Shown piece by piece: positions 30,098 to 39,733 of a stretch of DNA of 64,000 bases. The notes below the pieces were generated by a model, which was given only the letters and a program-made list of their open reading frames with translations, had not been told where the DNA came from and made no database searches. Origin of the DNA: Candidatus Parcubacteria bacterium (GTDB lineage Bacteria > Patescibacteriota > Patescibacteriia > CAIXNZ01); NCBI GenBank assembly GCA_026395685.1, contig JAPLYG010000009.1:17519-81518 (forward strand), given 5' to 3'. Position 1 is the first letter of the stretch; every line of letters begins with the position of its first letter. The translations under genes were made by a program, and so were the position numbers.

Positions 30098-30823
30098 TTA
30101 TTTGGTTAAATCTTTTTCTAATCTGGCAATCAATCTTTCCTTTACCTGATAATCATCAATAATTTCACCGTCCACAATTTTTAAAATTCGACGGGCATGT
30201 TCAGCTGTGTATTTTTCATGAGTCACCAAAATAATAGTTTTACCATGGTCATTTAAATCCTGCAAAATTTCCATGATCTGCTTACCTGATTTAGAGTCCA
30301 AATTTCCGGTCGGCTCATCAGCAAAAATAATCGAAGGATCATTAACCAGAGAACGGGCAATCGCCACTCTTTGTTTTTCACCGCCGGACAATTGGTTTGA
30401 TAAATTATTAAGTCGATGGTATAAACCAACCGCCTTGATAGATGTAATGACTTTATTTTTATCAAATTTTTTACTGCTGTAAGTCAAAGGCAAACGCACA
30501 TTGTCATAAACGCTGGTGCGCTGCAGCAAATTAAAAGCCTGAAAAATAAAACCGACTTCTTCATTTCTGATTTCTGCCAATTCATCATCAGATAAATTAC
30601 TGACATCTTTGCCTTTGAAAAAATATTTTCCTAAAGTCAGCTTATCCAAAAAGCCCATTATGTGCATCAGAGTTGACTTGCCGGAACCTGAAGGGCCCAT
30701 GATAGCCACAAATTCACCCTGTGAAATCTCCAGATTAATACCCTTTAGAACTTCAGTTGCCACATCTTCATTTACATAATCCTTTTTCAAATCGCTTAAT
30801 TTTATGAGCACTTTTTTATCCAT
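30098..30823 (-). CDS. ABC transporter ATP-binding protein (LolD/MacB-type)
   Basis: GPSGSGKST, LSGGEKQRVAIAR, FADEPTGNLD; start set at MDKKV. Confidence 0.92.
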   Translation of the reverse strand: MDKKVLIKLSDLKKDYVNEDVATEVLKGINLEISQGEFVAIMGPSGSGKSTLMHIMGFLDKLTLGKYFFKGKDVSNLSDDELAEIRNEEVGFIFQAFNLLQRTSVYDNVRLPLTYSSKKFDKNKVITSIKAVGLYHRLNNLSNQLSGGEKQRVAIARSLVNDPSIIFADEPTGNLDSKSGKQIMEILQDLNDHGKTIILVTHEKYTAEHARRILKIVDGEIIDDYQVKERLIARLEKDLTK

Positions 30824-30830
30824 ATTATTT

Positions 30831-32513
30831 TTATTTTTTGGAAACAATTATTTCCTGCCCTTCACTTAAGCCACTTTTAATTTCCGTGCCAATATCAGCC
30901 CTGAGCCCTGCTTCGATATTTACTTTTTTAATTATATTGCCAAAGCCCAAAACCTCCACATATTTTTGGCCATTAGGATCCTGCTTAATGACCCTATTGG
31001 AAACATAAAGCACGTTTTCAAGTGTTGCTGTAATTAAATCAACATTCGCGGTCATGCCTGATTTGATTTCCTTATCCGTCGGATCCAATTGTATAGTAAT
31101 TTTATAATAGACCACATCCTGGATAATGGTTTCAGCCACGTCAATTAATACAACTTTGCCGTTAAATATCTGATCACTGCCATAGGCATCCAAAGTTATC
31201 TTGGCCAAATCTCCTACTTTTATTTTAACGATATCTGATTCCGGCACATCAACTTTAATCTGAAAATCACTCTGGCCCATCATGGCAATTACCGGCTTAG
31301 AAGCTACGCTGCTGACCTGCTCACCGATTTTATAATTAACAAAAGTTATAACTCCGGCAGTAGGAGCATAGATTGTATAATCATCTAAATTGTTCAAAGC
31401 CAACGCGTAGGCTGCCTGCGCCTGGTCAACTTGAGCCTGATATGAAGCAATATCTACTCTGCGAGGTGGAGCTTTTTTAAAATCATACTGCGCCTTGGCC
31501 AGATTATATGCGCCAATTGCACTGTCCAGATTGGCCTTTGCCTGGATGTAATTGCTGCCCAGGTTTAATTTGGCATTGCTATAATTTTGATTGGCGCTAT
31601 CCAAAGTGGAAATCCCGGCATTCAAGATATTTTGCTGATTGTTAATATTTGTTTTATCAGTTAAAAATTGGGCCTCAGAATATTGATTGCCTACCAAAGT
31701 ATTAATCAAGCCCAAATAAGTATTATCTAAGGCGTTTTTAATCCAGGACTGGACATCGTTCAATTTCGCTACCGCATCAGCTAAATTTACCTCCGCATCA
31801 CTTGCTTTCAGAGTAGTTATACTGGTTTCAGCCGCTAATATGCGCACCTTTGATTCGTCATAATAATTATGCGCATTAATGCCATATTGAGTATTTCTAA
31901 CACTGAATTGGTAAGTCAAAAAAACGTCATCAAAAATAATTTTAATCGCATCCATGGCAGTGCGGCTAATGGCGATCTGCTTGTCAATTTCATTAATTAA
32001 ATTTTGCCTGACATCGCTGATCGATTTGGTCGATTGGTTTTGAGTATCATCAAATTTGAGCTGGGCATTATCTGCGGCGATTTTGGCATTATTGACTGTT
32101 TCTTCAGTTACTTTTAAATCTTCAGCACTGGCACCGGCGAGTAATTTGTTTAAATTTGCCTGCGACATATCTAAATTAGCCTGCGCTTGGCGCGCTGCTA
32201 TTGCCAGGCTCCCTGCATCCAAACTGGCCAAAACATCACCGGCTTTAACGCTTTCCCCTTCTTTGACATTTACCTGTGCCAAAATGCCTGTTCCTTTAAA
32301 ATTCAAATCAATGGCTGAAGCAGATTCAATCATACCTGTTTCAGATACAGTCTGAACCAAATTGCCCTTTTGCACTTTTTCAGTCACATAAACAGGAGCT
32401 TTCGGTCGGGTAAAATAAAAAATCAGCGCAACCACGCCCACCACAACAATCAATAAAAACCAAAAACTTTTCTTTTTGGCTAAATTTTTAAGTTTATTTA
32501 AAATCCATTTCAT
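30831..32513 (-). CDS. Efflux periplasmic adaptor (MacA/HlyD-like) with long coiled coil
   Basis: N-terminal TM, VKEGESVKAGDVLA lipoyl halves, IYAPTAG, VPESDI..IKVG. Confidence 0.88.
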   Translation of the reverse strand: MKWILNKLKNLAKKKSFWFLLIVVVGVVALIFYFTRPKAPVYVTEKVQKGNLVQTVSETGMIESASAIDLNFKGTGILAQVNVKEGESVKAGDVLASLDAGSLAIAARQAQANLDMSQANLNKLLAGASAEDLKVTEETVNNAKIAADNAQLKFDDTQNQSTKSISDVRQNLINEIDKQIAISRTAMDAIKIIFDDVFLTYQFSVRNTQYGINAHNYYDESKVRILAAETSITTLKASDAEVNLADAVAKLNDVQSWIKNALDNTYLGLINTLVGNQYSEAQFLTDKTNINNQQNILNAGISTLDSANQNYSNAKLNLGSNYIQAKANLDSAIGAYNLAKAQYDFKKAPPRRVDIASYQAQVDQAQAAYALALNNLDDYTIYAPTAGVITFVNYKIGEQVSSVASKPVIAMMGQSDFQIKVDVPESDIVKIKVGDLAKITLDAYGSDQIFNGKVVLIDVAETIIQDVVYYKITIQLDPTDKEIKSGMTANVDLITATLENVLYVSNRVIKQDPNGQKYVEVLGFGNIIKKVNIEAGLRADIGTEIKSGLSEGQEIIVSKK

Positions 32514-32521
32514 ATTAGTTT

Positions 32522-32752
32522 TTATTTACTTTTTAGAGTCTTTAAATGGCTAATATGCCTTTCTATAATTGTATCAAATTTCTCGGGTTTAATGAAGCCG
32601 ATAATTGCATTATCACGGCAAAAGACCAAAAACTGATCCCCAGTCTTAATATTCATTTTCTTCCTGATTTCTTTAGGAATAACCACCTGTCCCCGTTCAC
32701 CAATGGTGGTCATGCCATATTGTTTAAGTTCAAACGTCATTTTTGAGGCCAT
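32522..32752 (-). CDS. AbrB/MazE/SpoVT family regulator
   Basis: TTIGERGQVVIPKEIRKKMNIKTGD; start uncertain. Confidence 0.85.
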   Translation of the reverse strand: MASKMTFELKQYGMTTIGERGQVVIPKEIRKKMNIKTGDQFLVFCRDNAIIGFIKPEKFDTIIERHISHLKTLKSK

Positions 32753-32808
32753 AATTTTAATACTGAATATGTCCTCCTTCGCCAAGGCTTCGAAGGACTT
32801 AAATAAGA

Positions 32809-32860
32809 AAAGTATGATTTATCATACTTTCAGTATATTCCTCATTTCCCAAAACGTCAA
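32809..32860 (-). promoter_or_regulatory. Promoter TTGACG-N17-TATACT with downstream palindromic operator
   Basis: AAAGTATGAT-TT-ATCATACTTT at 32809-32830 covers the predicted TSS. Confidence 0.7.
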
Positions 32861-32995
32861 GAACAAAAAAACAAACCATTCTCAAGTCATTCAGAGCCCT
32901 TTGTCTCCATTTGCTCTTTTGACTCTTTAGCAAAATTAGCGTGGAATCCATAAACTGCGTTATATCACGCTATACTTTACAATGGTTTGGCCTTT

Positions 32996-33175
32996 TTATT
33001 TTTTCTTTCTAATTATTCCTTTTCTGATTTTTGAAGCAGGAATATCTTTCAGATGCTTAAAAAACTCAACCTGTTTAAGCCGATGCTGAGCCTCCTTCTT
33101 GGTTTGGTAACACCCAAAACTTCGGCTGGTTGTTTCCGAGACCACGCACCACTTGCCTGAGCGTTTGATGATCAT
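32996..33175 (-). CDS. Small basic protein, 59 aa (MIIKRSGKWCVVSETTSRSFGCYQTKKEAQHRLKQVEFFKH...), not in ORF track
   Basis: Clean ORF with W.V.S.....G.Y.TK.EA..RL.Q.E.FK pattern. Confidence 0.7.
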   Translation of the reverse strand: MIIKRSGKWCVVSETTSRSFGCYQTKKEAQHRLKQVEFFKHLKDIPASKIRKGIIRKKK

Positions 33176-33221
33176 ACAATAAAATTTTTTAAATTTATAA
33201 TTTGTAATTTTAAATTTTATA

Positions 33222-33299
33222 TGGTACCGCCAAGGGGAATCGGACCCCTGTTACTAAGATGCCCGCCAGAGGCGGGTCCGCCTTCGGCGGAAGAACCTT
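33222..33299 (-). pseudogene. tRNA-Glu 3' relic with a 30-nt insert in the anticodon loop
   Basis: GGTTCT|30 nt|CATCTTAGTAACAGGGGTCCGATTCCCCTTGGCGGTACCA. Confidence 0.75.
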
Positions 33300-33305
33300 T
33301 TATTA

Positions 33306-33377
33306 TAGCCCCTACGGGAATCGAACCCGTGTTACATGGATGAGAACCATGCGTCCTAGCCACTAGACGAAGAGGCC
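33306..33377 (-). tRNA. tRNA-Glu(CTC)
   Basis: GGCCTCTTCGTCTAGTGGCTAGGACGCATGGTT-CTC-ATCCATGTAACACGGGTTCGATTCCCGTAGGGGCTA. Confidence 0.92.
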
Positions 33378-33595
33378 TTAATTTTAATGACCAATAACCA
33401 AATCCCAAGCTCCAAACAAATTCAAATATCTAATGACAAAATTAAAAATATTTTTTTTTATTTGTTATTAATTATTGTTTGATTATTGCGTTATTGGTTA
33501 TTGATTATTGTTATTATATCTTACAGGAAAATAAAAAAACTTCAAGCCTTACAATAATCTTCCTAAATTTAGACTTTAGACTTTATACTTTAGAC

Positions 33596-34912
33596 TTATT
33601 TATTCAGCCATTCCCCCGTTTGCCTGACCAGCAATTTTCCTGCCTTTTCAGGTTCAGCCATAATTTCCAAGACAATCTTTTCCATTCTAATCCCCTGAGA
33701 ACCTTTAACCAAAATTAAATCGCCGGGCTGAATTAAATCCTGAACAAAGAGTCCGGCTTTATCACGATCTGTAAAGAATTCAACTTTATCATTTGATAAA
33801 CCGGCTTCAATTGCTGAATCCGCAATTAATTTAGCCTCCTGACCGACAGCCACCAGATAATCAAAACCGCACTCAACGACATTAAAGCCGATTTCACGGT
33901 GAGCAGCAGCTGACCGTTCTCCTAATTCCAGCATATCCCCTAAAACTGCAATTTTCTTTTTTCCTGCAGCCACGCTTATATCTTTTATTGCTTCGAGAGC
34001 CGCTTTAACAGCAATTGGCGAGGAATTATAAGTATCATCAATTATCAACGTATATTTTATTCCCGGGATTAAATTCATGCGTCCCTTGGGCGGATTAAAA
34101 TTCTTCAGAGCCTCTGCAATATCTACCAGATTCATTTTACAGGCCAAACCGACGGCAATCCCCGCTAAAGCCGCATAGGCGTGTTGTCTGCCAAAACACT
34201 TGGGTAAAAAAACCGGCACAGACGAACCGCCAAAAGAAACTTTAAAATTCATTCCCCAGACTTTGCAGTCCCAGTCATAATTTGTTTCACAGAAATCTTT
34301 TTCCAAGCCGGCAAATATTAATTCGCTCGCTTTAATATTTGCTTGTTCCCCGAATCCATAGCTGAAAACCCTAGCTTTTATTTTACTGCCGATGCTCAAT
34401 ATATTTTCATCATCAACATTTATTACCGCACTTGCATCCTTGGGCAAACTAGTAACAATCCTCTCCTTTTCTTTCAGCACTCCTTTCATATCCCCAAAAG
34501 CATGCAAATGAGTTTCTGAAACTGCGGTAAAAACCCCGATGTTGGGCGGTGCCAATTTAACCAGATATTCAATATCCCCGATTCTATCAGCCCCCATTTC
34601 TAAAATCAAAATCTCCGGATAGAATTTATCTTTAAACAACAAGAGTCTGATTACTTTTATAAAGACTAAAATCCACTTAATTAATGACCGTCCGCCGGTT
34701 TCCGTCCCGATAATTGTCAAGGGAGTTCCGATCTCATTATTATAGCTTTTAATATTTTGGCGGACATTAAATCGGGACGACAAAACAGCATAAATCGCCT
34801 CTTTGGCAGAGCTCTTGCCCACGCTGCCCGTGATGCCGATGATTTCAGGCTTGTATTTTATTAGAATCTTTTGGGCGAAATAACGCAGGATGTTTTGAAG
34901 TAGTAATTTCAT
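33596..34912 (-). CDS. murF: UDP-MurNAc-tripeptide:D-Ala-D-Ala ligase
   Basis: GITGSVGKSS.KE, SYNNEIG.P, DD.YNSSP, LGDMLELG, LVKGSQG. Confidence 0.9.
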   Translation of the reverse strand: MKLLLQNILRYFAQKILIKYKPEIIGITGSVGKSSAKEAIYAVLSSRFNVRQNIKSYNNEIGTPLTIIGTETGGRSLIKWILVFIKVIRLLLFKDKFYPEILILEMGADRIGDIEYLVKLAPPNIGVFTAVSETHLHAFGDMKGVLKEKERIVTSLPKDASAVINVDDENILSIGSKIKARVFSYGFGEQANIKASELIFAGLEKDFCETNYDWDCKVWGMNFKVSFGGSSVPVFLPKCFGRQHAYAALAGIAVGLACKMNLVDIAEALKNFNPPKGRMNLIPGIKYTLIIDDTYNSSPIAVKAALEAIKDISVAAGKKKIAVLGDMLELGERSAAAHREIGFNVVECGFDYLVAVGQEAKLIADSAIEAGLSNDKVEFFTDRDKAGLFVQDLIQPGDLILVKGSQGIRMEKIVLEIMAEPEKAGKLLVRQTGEWLNK

Positions 34913-35034
34913 ATTTTATAGTTATTGGTTATTAGGTATTGACAATCGTTACGTTAACCGTTTTTCGATATACGTCACGTAAAATGTTTAACCATAAACG
35001 TAACGAACTTCGAAACCGATTAACGATTCACAAA

Positions 35035-36837
35035 TTAAAGATCATCGGGCACAACATGGTAATAATCAAAAAGAAATTTCGCCAGACGGCTGAATAAAGG
35101 CATAGCCGTACTTTCAGCATAGGTTCCCTTCTTGGGATTTTCAAATTTTATCAACATTAAAAATTTAGGATCTTTAACCGGTCCGAAACCGATAAAGGAA
35201 TGATTCGTTTTATTGGAATAACCACTTTTCCCTGGTTCGGCAATTTGCGCGGTACCAGATTTGCCAGCCATATAATACCCGGGGACTCCTGCTTTTTTAC
35301 CTTGGCCATTTTTAATTACAGAAACCATCATACCCGTCAATAAAGTCGCCGTACGTGAAGAGATAACGGAAATTGGTCTTGCTCTTTCTGTTTTTATGGC
35401 AATGCCTTCTGGCTTTCTAATTTCTTCCACAATATAAGGCTTAACCATTTTACCACCATTGGCAATGGCTGAAAAAGCCTGAACCATTTGAATCGGGGTA
35501 GCTGTAATTCCCTGACCAAAAGAAGCAGTGGCAAAATAAATTTCGCCGTTTGTTTTAAGGGAGGAAATATTGCCTGCTGACTCAACACTCAATTCGATAC
35601 CTGTCTTTTTGCCAAAACCGAATTTTTCAACATAGCTGCGAAAATCTTTCTTTTCCATCTGTCTGACGGCAAAGATTGTCCCTGTATTTAAAGAATTTTC
35701 CAAAACCTGAGTCATGGTTTTTATACCATGGGCTTTTTTATCTGCATTATGGATTGTGAATTCATCAATTTTGACAAAACCCTCATCATTATAAGTTGTC
35801 TCCGGAGTAATTTTACCCAGATCTAATCCCGCAGCCATGGTAATCGGTTTAAAAATTGAACCCGGTTCATAAGCTTCAAAAATAGCTCGGTTGTTATAAT
35901 CGCCCAACGAATTAACTTTATTATACTCGTTAGGATCAAAATCAGGATAAGAACACATCGCTATTATTTCGCCTGTTTTAGGATTCATCACAATAGCCAC
36001 AGCGCTGTCAGCTTGGACCACTTTAACATGTTCATTTAGTTTTGTGCAAACTTCATATTGCACTGTCTTATCAATCGTCAAGACAATATCGTCGCCATCC
36101 TTTGCCCTGACAAATTTCTTCTCGCCAACAGAAATAAAATTGCCAGTAATATCCTTTTCCGACTGTATTTCACCTTGTTTGCCTGCTAATTCCTGATTAA
36201 AATACCCTTCGATGCCATAATAGCCTTTCTTCATATTTTCACTTTCAGCAAAACCGACATAGCCTAAAATATTCGCCCCCAAGTTTTTTTCCGGATAATA
36301 TCTGAACGTTTCTTTACTTATTATAATGCCTTTAATCTTTAGTTCCTCTATTTTTTGCGCAATATTATCTTCAACTTTATGTTTCAAAGGTTCATAAGGA
36401 TCATCTTCTTTAGAAAGTTTTGCCAGTAATTCTTTGCCGAATTCCTCACGTTTGCTCTCATCAGGCTCTAATAATGGCAACAAAGCAGCAGTTACTTCCT
36501 CAGGGCTTTTATCCAGATACTTGGGTTGGGCATAAATTAAATTGTAATCCTTATTAATAGCCAGCGGATACAAATTTTCTTCAACCGCCAAAATTGAACT
36601 GCCCTTATCTTTGACATAGATAGATCCCCTTTCCGGAAATAATTTCCGATAAACCTCGTGCTGGTCAGATGCCAAAGCGGCATAAAAATCAAATTTTATG
36701 ATCTGAAAATCAATTAATTTGCAAATTATCAAAAAGGCGAAGACAACAAAACAAGCTACTATAAATTTTATGCGGGGCTCAAGCTTTTTTGTGCCGGGAA
36801 TTTTCTTTTTATTTTTCCACCGAGTTAAGTCTAACAT
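35035..36837 (-). CDS. Class B penicillin-binding protein (FtsI-like)
   Basis: RG.I, YEPGSIFK (SxxK), SLN (SxN), KSGTAQ. Confidence 0.9.
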   Translation of the reverse strand: MLDLTRWKNKKKIPGTKKLEPRIKFIVACFVVFAFLIICKLIDFQIIKFDFYAALASDQHEVYRKLFPERGSIYVKDKGSSILAVEENLYPLAINKDYNLIYAQPKYLDKSPEEVTAALLPLLEPDESKREEFGKELLAKLSKEDDPYEPLKHKVEDNIAQKIEELKIKGIIISKETFRYYPEKNLGANILGYVGFAESENMKKGYYGIEGYFNQELAGKQGEIQSEKDITGNFISVGEKKFVRAKDGDDIVLTIDKTVQYEVCTKLNEHVKVVQADSAVAIVMNPKTGEIIAMCSYPDFDPNEYNKVNSLGDYNNRAIFEAYEPGSIFKPITMAAGLDLGKITPETTYNDEGFVKIDEFTIHNADKKAHGIKTMTQVLENSLNTGTIFAVRQMEKKDFRSYVEKFGFGKKTGIELSVESAGNISSLKTNGEIYFATASFGQGITATPIQMVQAFSAIANGGKMVKPYIVEEIRKPEGIAIKTERARPISVISSRTATLLTGMMVSVIKNGQGKKAGVPGYYMAGKSGTAQIAEPGKSGYSNKTNHSFIGFGPVKDPKFLMLIKFENPKKGTYAESTAMPLFSRLAKFLFDYYHVVPDDL

Positions 36838-36910
36838 ACATCTATTTTAGCAAATTTTGGGCAAAATTAAAACCGCCTTAGTTAAATTACTGAAGCGGTT
36901 TTAAATATCT

Positions 36911-37666
36911 TTATTTTTCTAGCTTTTTAGTTAAGCCTTCAAATGCCCTTAATACTTCCAGCGGCACTGCAAAAACTATGGTATTTGATTGATCTGAGGA
37001 AATATCATTAATTGAATTTAATGTTCTTAAGTGCAAAGCCCCCGGAGTAGCTGCCAGCATTCCTGCGGCCTTGGAAATATTCTCAGCTGCCAAAACTTCA
37101 CCCTCAGAATTGATAATGACGGCTCTTTTTTCTCTTTCAGCTTCAGCCTGTTTAGCCATAGTCCTTTTCATGGATTCAGGCAACATGATGTCTTTCAAAT
37201 CCACTGATTCAGCGTTAATGCCCCAATTTTCAGAAGCCTTATCCACGATTTCTTCTATTTTATCAGAGACTGCATCTCTTTGCGACAATAATTCATCCAA
37301 AGTCACGGATCCGACCACGTTTCTCATGGTAGTTTGGGCTAATTGGGAAACAGCATAATAAAAATTCTCCACTCCAATAATTGCTTTAGATGCATCAATA
37401 ACTTTGTAATAAATTACCGCATTGATTTGGCACGATACATTATCCTTAGTAATTGCCTCCTGATTAGGCACATCCACTGCTTTTAAGCGCATATCGACTT
37501 TGCGCATGCCCTGAAAAATCGGCACAACCAGACGCCAGCCTGGATTTTTTGTGCCGGTGTAGCGTCCCATTGTAAACATTACGCCGCGCTCATACTGGTT
37601 AATCTGGCGCAAAAAACTCAAGATGGCAATACCAACGATTACTGCTAAGACAATTAACAATTCCAT
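36911..37666 (-). CDS. SPFH/slipin (stomatin-like) protein
   Basis: QYERGV, ITKDNV, AQTTMR..VG, QAEAEREKRA. Confidence 0.92.
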   Translation of the reverse strand: MELLIVLAVIVGIAILSFLRQINQYERGVMFTMGRYTGTKNPGWRLVVPIFQGMRKVDMRLKAVDVPNQEAITKDNVSCQINAVIYYKVIDASKAIIGVENFYYAVSQLAQTTMRNVVGSVTLDELLSQRDAVSDKIEEIVDKASENWGINAESVDLKDIMLPESMKRTMAKQAEAEREKRAVIINSEGEVLAAENISKAAGMLAATPGALHLRTLNSINDISSDQSNTIVFAVPLEVLRAFEGLTKKLEK

Positions 37667-37676
37667 GTTTTTAAAA

Positions 37677-38021
37677 TTAATTATTAAAAAATAAAATTAT
37701 TATGCTAACTCCCAAGATAAAAGACAATAATATCGTAGCGAATGTGGCACATATTGTCCAGAGCGCCTCTTTATACTGTTTTTGCAGAGCCAGATAAGCG
37801 GGGAAACCGAAAACAAAAAGTCCTGAAATGCCGGCGCTGATTACAAATAAAATTAAGACGCTAAAAATGTTCAAAATTGCAGGGTTCGGCGAACTCATAT
37901 ACTTATCCATTAACGTCATGAACAAAACGACTAAAATAACATAAATAACTTCAGCTAAACCAGCGACAACACCCCATTTGATCACTTCTTTTTGGCTAAA
38001 TTTTTCTTTATTGAAAAACAT
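37677..38021 (-). CDS. Hypothetical membrane protein
   Basis: Three hydrophobic helices; spacing fits the operon. Confidence 0.65.
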   Translation of the reverse strand: MFFNKEKFSQKEVIKWGVVAGLAEVIYVILVVLFMTLMDKYMSSPNPAILNIFSVLILFVISAGISGLFVFGFPAYLALQKQYKEALWTICATFATILLSFILGVSIIILFFNN

Positions 38022-38168
38022 AATTTATTAATTAATAATCAATAACACAATAACCAATCAACGAGCAATTTCTAATATTAAAATTATAAATTCAAAGCTT
38101 GTTTAGTTATTAGGGATTTGAATTTAGTTATTGTTTGAATATTGATTATTGATGCTTGGTTATTTAAA

Positions 38169-38489
38169 TTATTCACCAAACGAGGCGGCATTGATTTCAG
38201 TCCAGGTATCACTGGCAGTTTCCCATTTATAGGCAAAAAGAGTATTGGTCTTTTCCGTATCTGAAGTTACATAATCAACCTTGGCCGTATCCCCCATTCT
38301 TTTGGAATAATGGACATTTTTTGACAAAACCAAAGGCTTGCTGACAAATTCCAGCTTCATTTTTCCCAATGGCCCGTTAAAAATCAATTCTTCGGTAATA
38401 ACGCCATCACTTTCATTCCTGTTTGTTTCCAAAACCTCAAAATTCTTCTTGGCCATGTCTTTTATTTCTTCCCACTTTTCCGGTGACAT
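38169..38489 (-). CDS. Hypothetical protein
   Basis: Clean 106-aa ORF (F.GPLGKMKLE...KP.V). Confidence 0.7.
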   Translation of the reverse strand: MSPEKWEEIKDMAKKNFEVLETNRNESDGVITEELIFNGPLGKMKLEFVSKPLVLSKNVHYSKRMGDTAKVDYVTSDTEKTNTLFAYKWETASDTWTEINAASFGE

Positions 38490-38561
38490 AATTTTGATAT
38501 TAAGTACGAAGTTTCAAACTTCAGCCTTCAGACTTCGGCCTTCGGCCTGCCCGCCGTAGCT

Positions 38562-39116
38562 TTAGCGAAGGCGGGACTTAGAAAAAACACAACCGCAATA
38601 ATCCTGTCGATAAAGCCCTAACCTTCCCGCCAGCCAATCAGCAATTTGCGTGCCATATTTTTTCTTAAAATCCTGATCCCAAAACTTCACCTTGTACTTA
38701 CCTTCCACTTTACGCCCGGCGTTTAAAACTTGCAAGGAGTTTTTCTGGCGACCCATGGTCAAGGTGGTACTGAACCAACCATAGCCATTAGCCTGGGCAA
38801 ATTCCGCAGTTTTATCTAAACGCAGCAAAAAGCACAGATTACAACGGAAACCCCGTTCCGGTTCCTGTTCATAACCTTTGACAAATTTTAACCAGTGCTT
38901 TGGCTGATAATGCGCCTCAATATATTTGATCTTTTTACGGCGGCAAAATTCCTTGACTTCAGCCAGACGCTGTAAATACTCGTCCTCGGGAAAAATATTG
39001 GGATTAAAAAAGTAAACAGTTACCTCAAATTTATCCAGCAACTGGTTAATCACGTAAATGCTGCAGGGAGCGCAGCAGGTGTGGAGTAATAACTTTTCTT
39101 TTCCCAAATTATCCAT
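38562..39116 (-). CDS. queH: Epoxyqueuosine reductase QueH
   Basis: LLLHTCCAPCS, NPNIFP..EY..R, RC..CF..RL, YRQDYCGC.FS. Confidence 0.92.
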   Translation of the reverse strand: MDNLGKEKLLLHTCCAPCSIYVINQLLDKFEVTVYFFNPNIFPEDEYLQRLAEVKEFCRRKKIKYIEAHYQPKHWLKFVKGYEQEPERGFRCNLCFLLRLDKTAEFAQANGYGWFSTTLTMGRQKNSLQVLNAGRKVEGKYKVKFWDQDFKKKYGTQIADWLAGRLGLYRQDYCGCVFSKSRLR

Positions 39117-39259
39117 GGAATGTTTGATAATTTAAAATCTAAAATGCAAAGTGCAAAATTGCAAAGCAAAGTTAAAAGTTTTGGAATAAAATTTAAATAA
39201 TATTTCTTAAATTTTAAGCTACCAACTGTAACTTTGCATTTTAAACTTTGAACTTTTAA

Positions 39260-39598
39260 CTACTTTTTTAAAAGCCAGCTTGTCAGCCAGGACACAACGC
39301 ACAAAATCAAAGCTCCCCAGAATGCCGGCCAAAACCCACCAACAAAAAAGCCTTTGACGATCGTAGAAGTTAACCAGAATAAAAAGGCATTGATGATCAG
39401 GGTGAACAAACCCAAGGTTAAAATGTTTACTGGCAAAGTCAAAAGAACCAGCAAGGGACGGATCAAGGCATTTAAAATTCCTAAGACCAAAGCCGCGATT
39501 AAAGCCGCATAAAAACTGGAGATGCCAATTCCCGGCAAATAAAGCGCGATCAGCATAATAGCAATCGCATTGATTAGCCAACGTAGAATGAGTTGCAT
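39260..39598 (-). CDS. YvlD/phage holin family (4-TM) membrane protein
   Basis: AL.AALVLGILNA.IRP.L..LTLP...LTLGLF..IINA. Confidence 0.88.
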   Translation of the reverse strand: MQLILRWLINAIAIMLIALYLPGIGISSFYAALIAALVLGILNALIRPLLVLLTLPVNILTLGLFTLIINAFLFWLTSTIVKGFFVGGFWPAFWGALILCVVSWLTSWLLKK

Positions 39599-39733
39599 AG
39601 GTTTTAAAGGTTATATGAGGTTAATTAGGTTTTATTAGGTTATATAAGGTTACACAAGACCGTCTATAATCCATAATCTATCAGCTATAATCTACTTCTA
39701 GTTTACCAAAAAACGCCCTATTTTTAAAGAGCG

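Noticed and set aside
32940-32995. c-di-GMP-I riboswitch (GGCCAAACCATT)
   Set aside because: Lacks the GNRA-stem/GGACGCAAAG continuation and lies upstream of the next promoter.
33222-33299. Intron-containing functional tRNA
   Set aside because: The 5' half is missing and the T-loop is mutated (GTCCGA); the insert is too small for a self-splicing intron.
33217-33408. 63-aa ORF
   Set aside because: Overlaps tRNA-Glu and its relic.
39260-39598. Prophage (holin)
   Set aside because: YvlD-like family in housekeeping context; no phage genes nearby.
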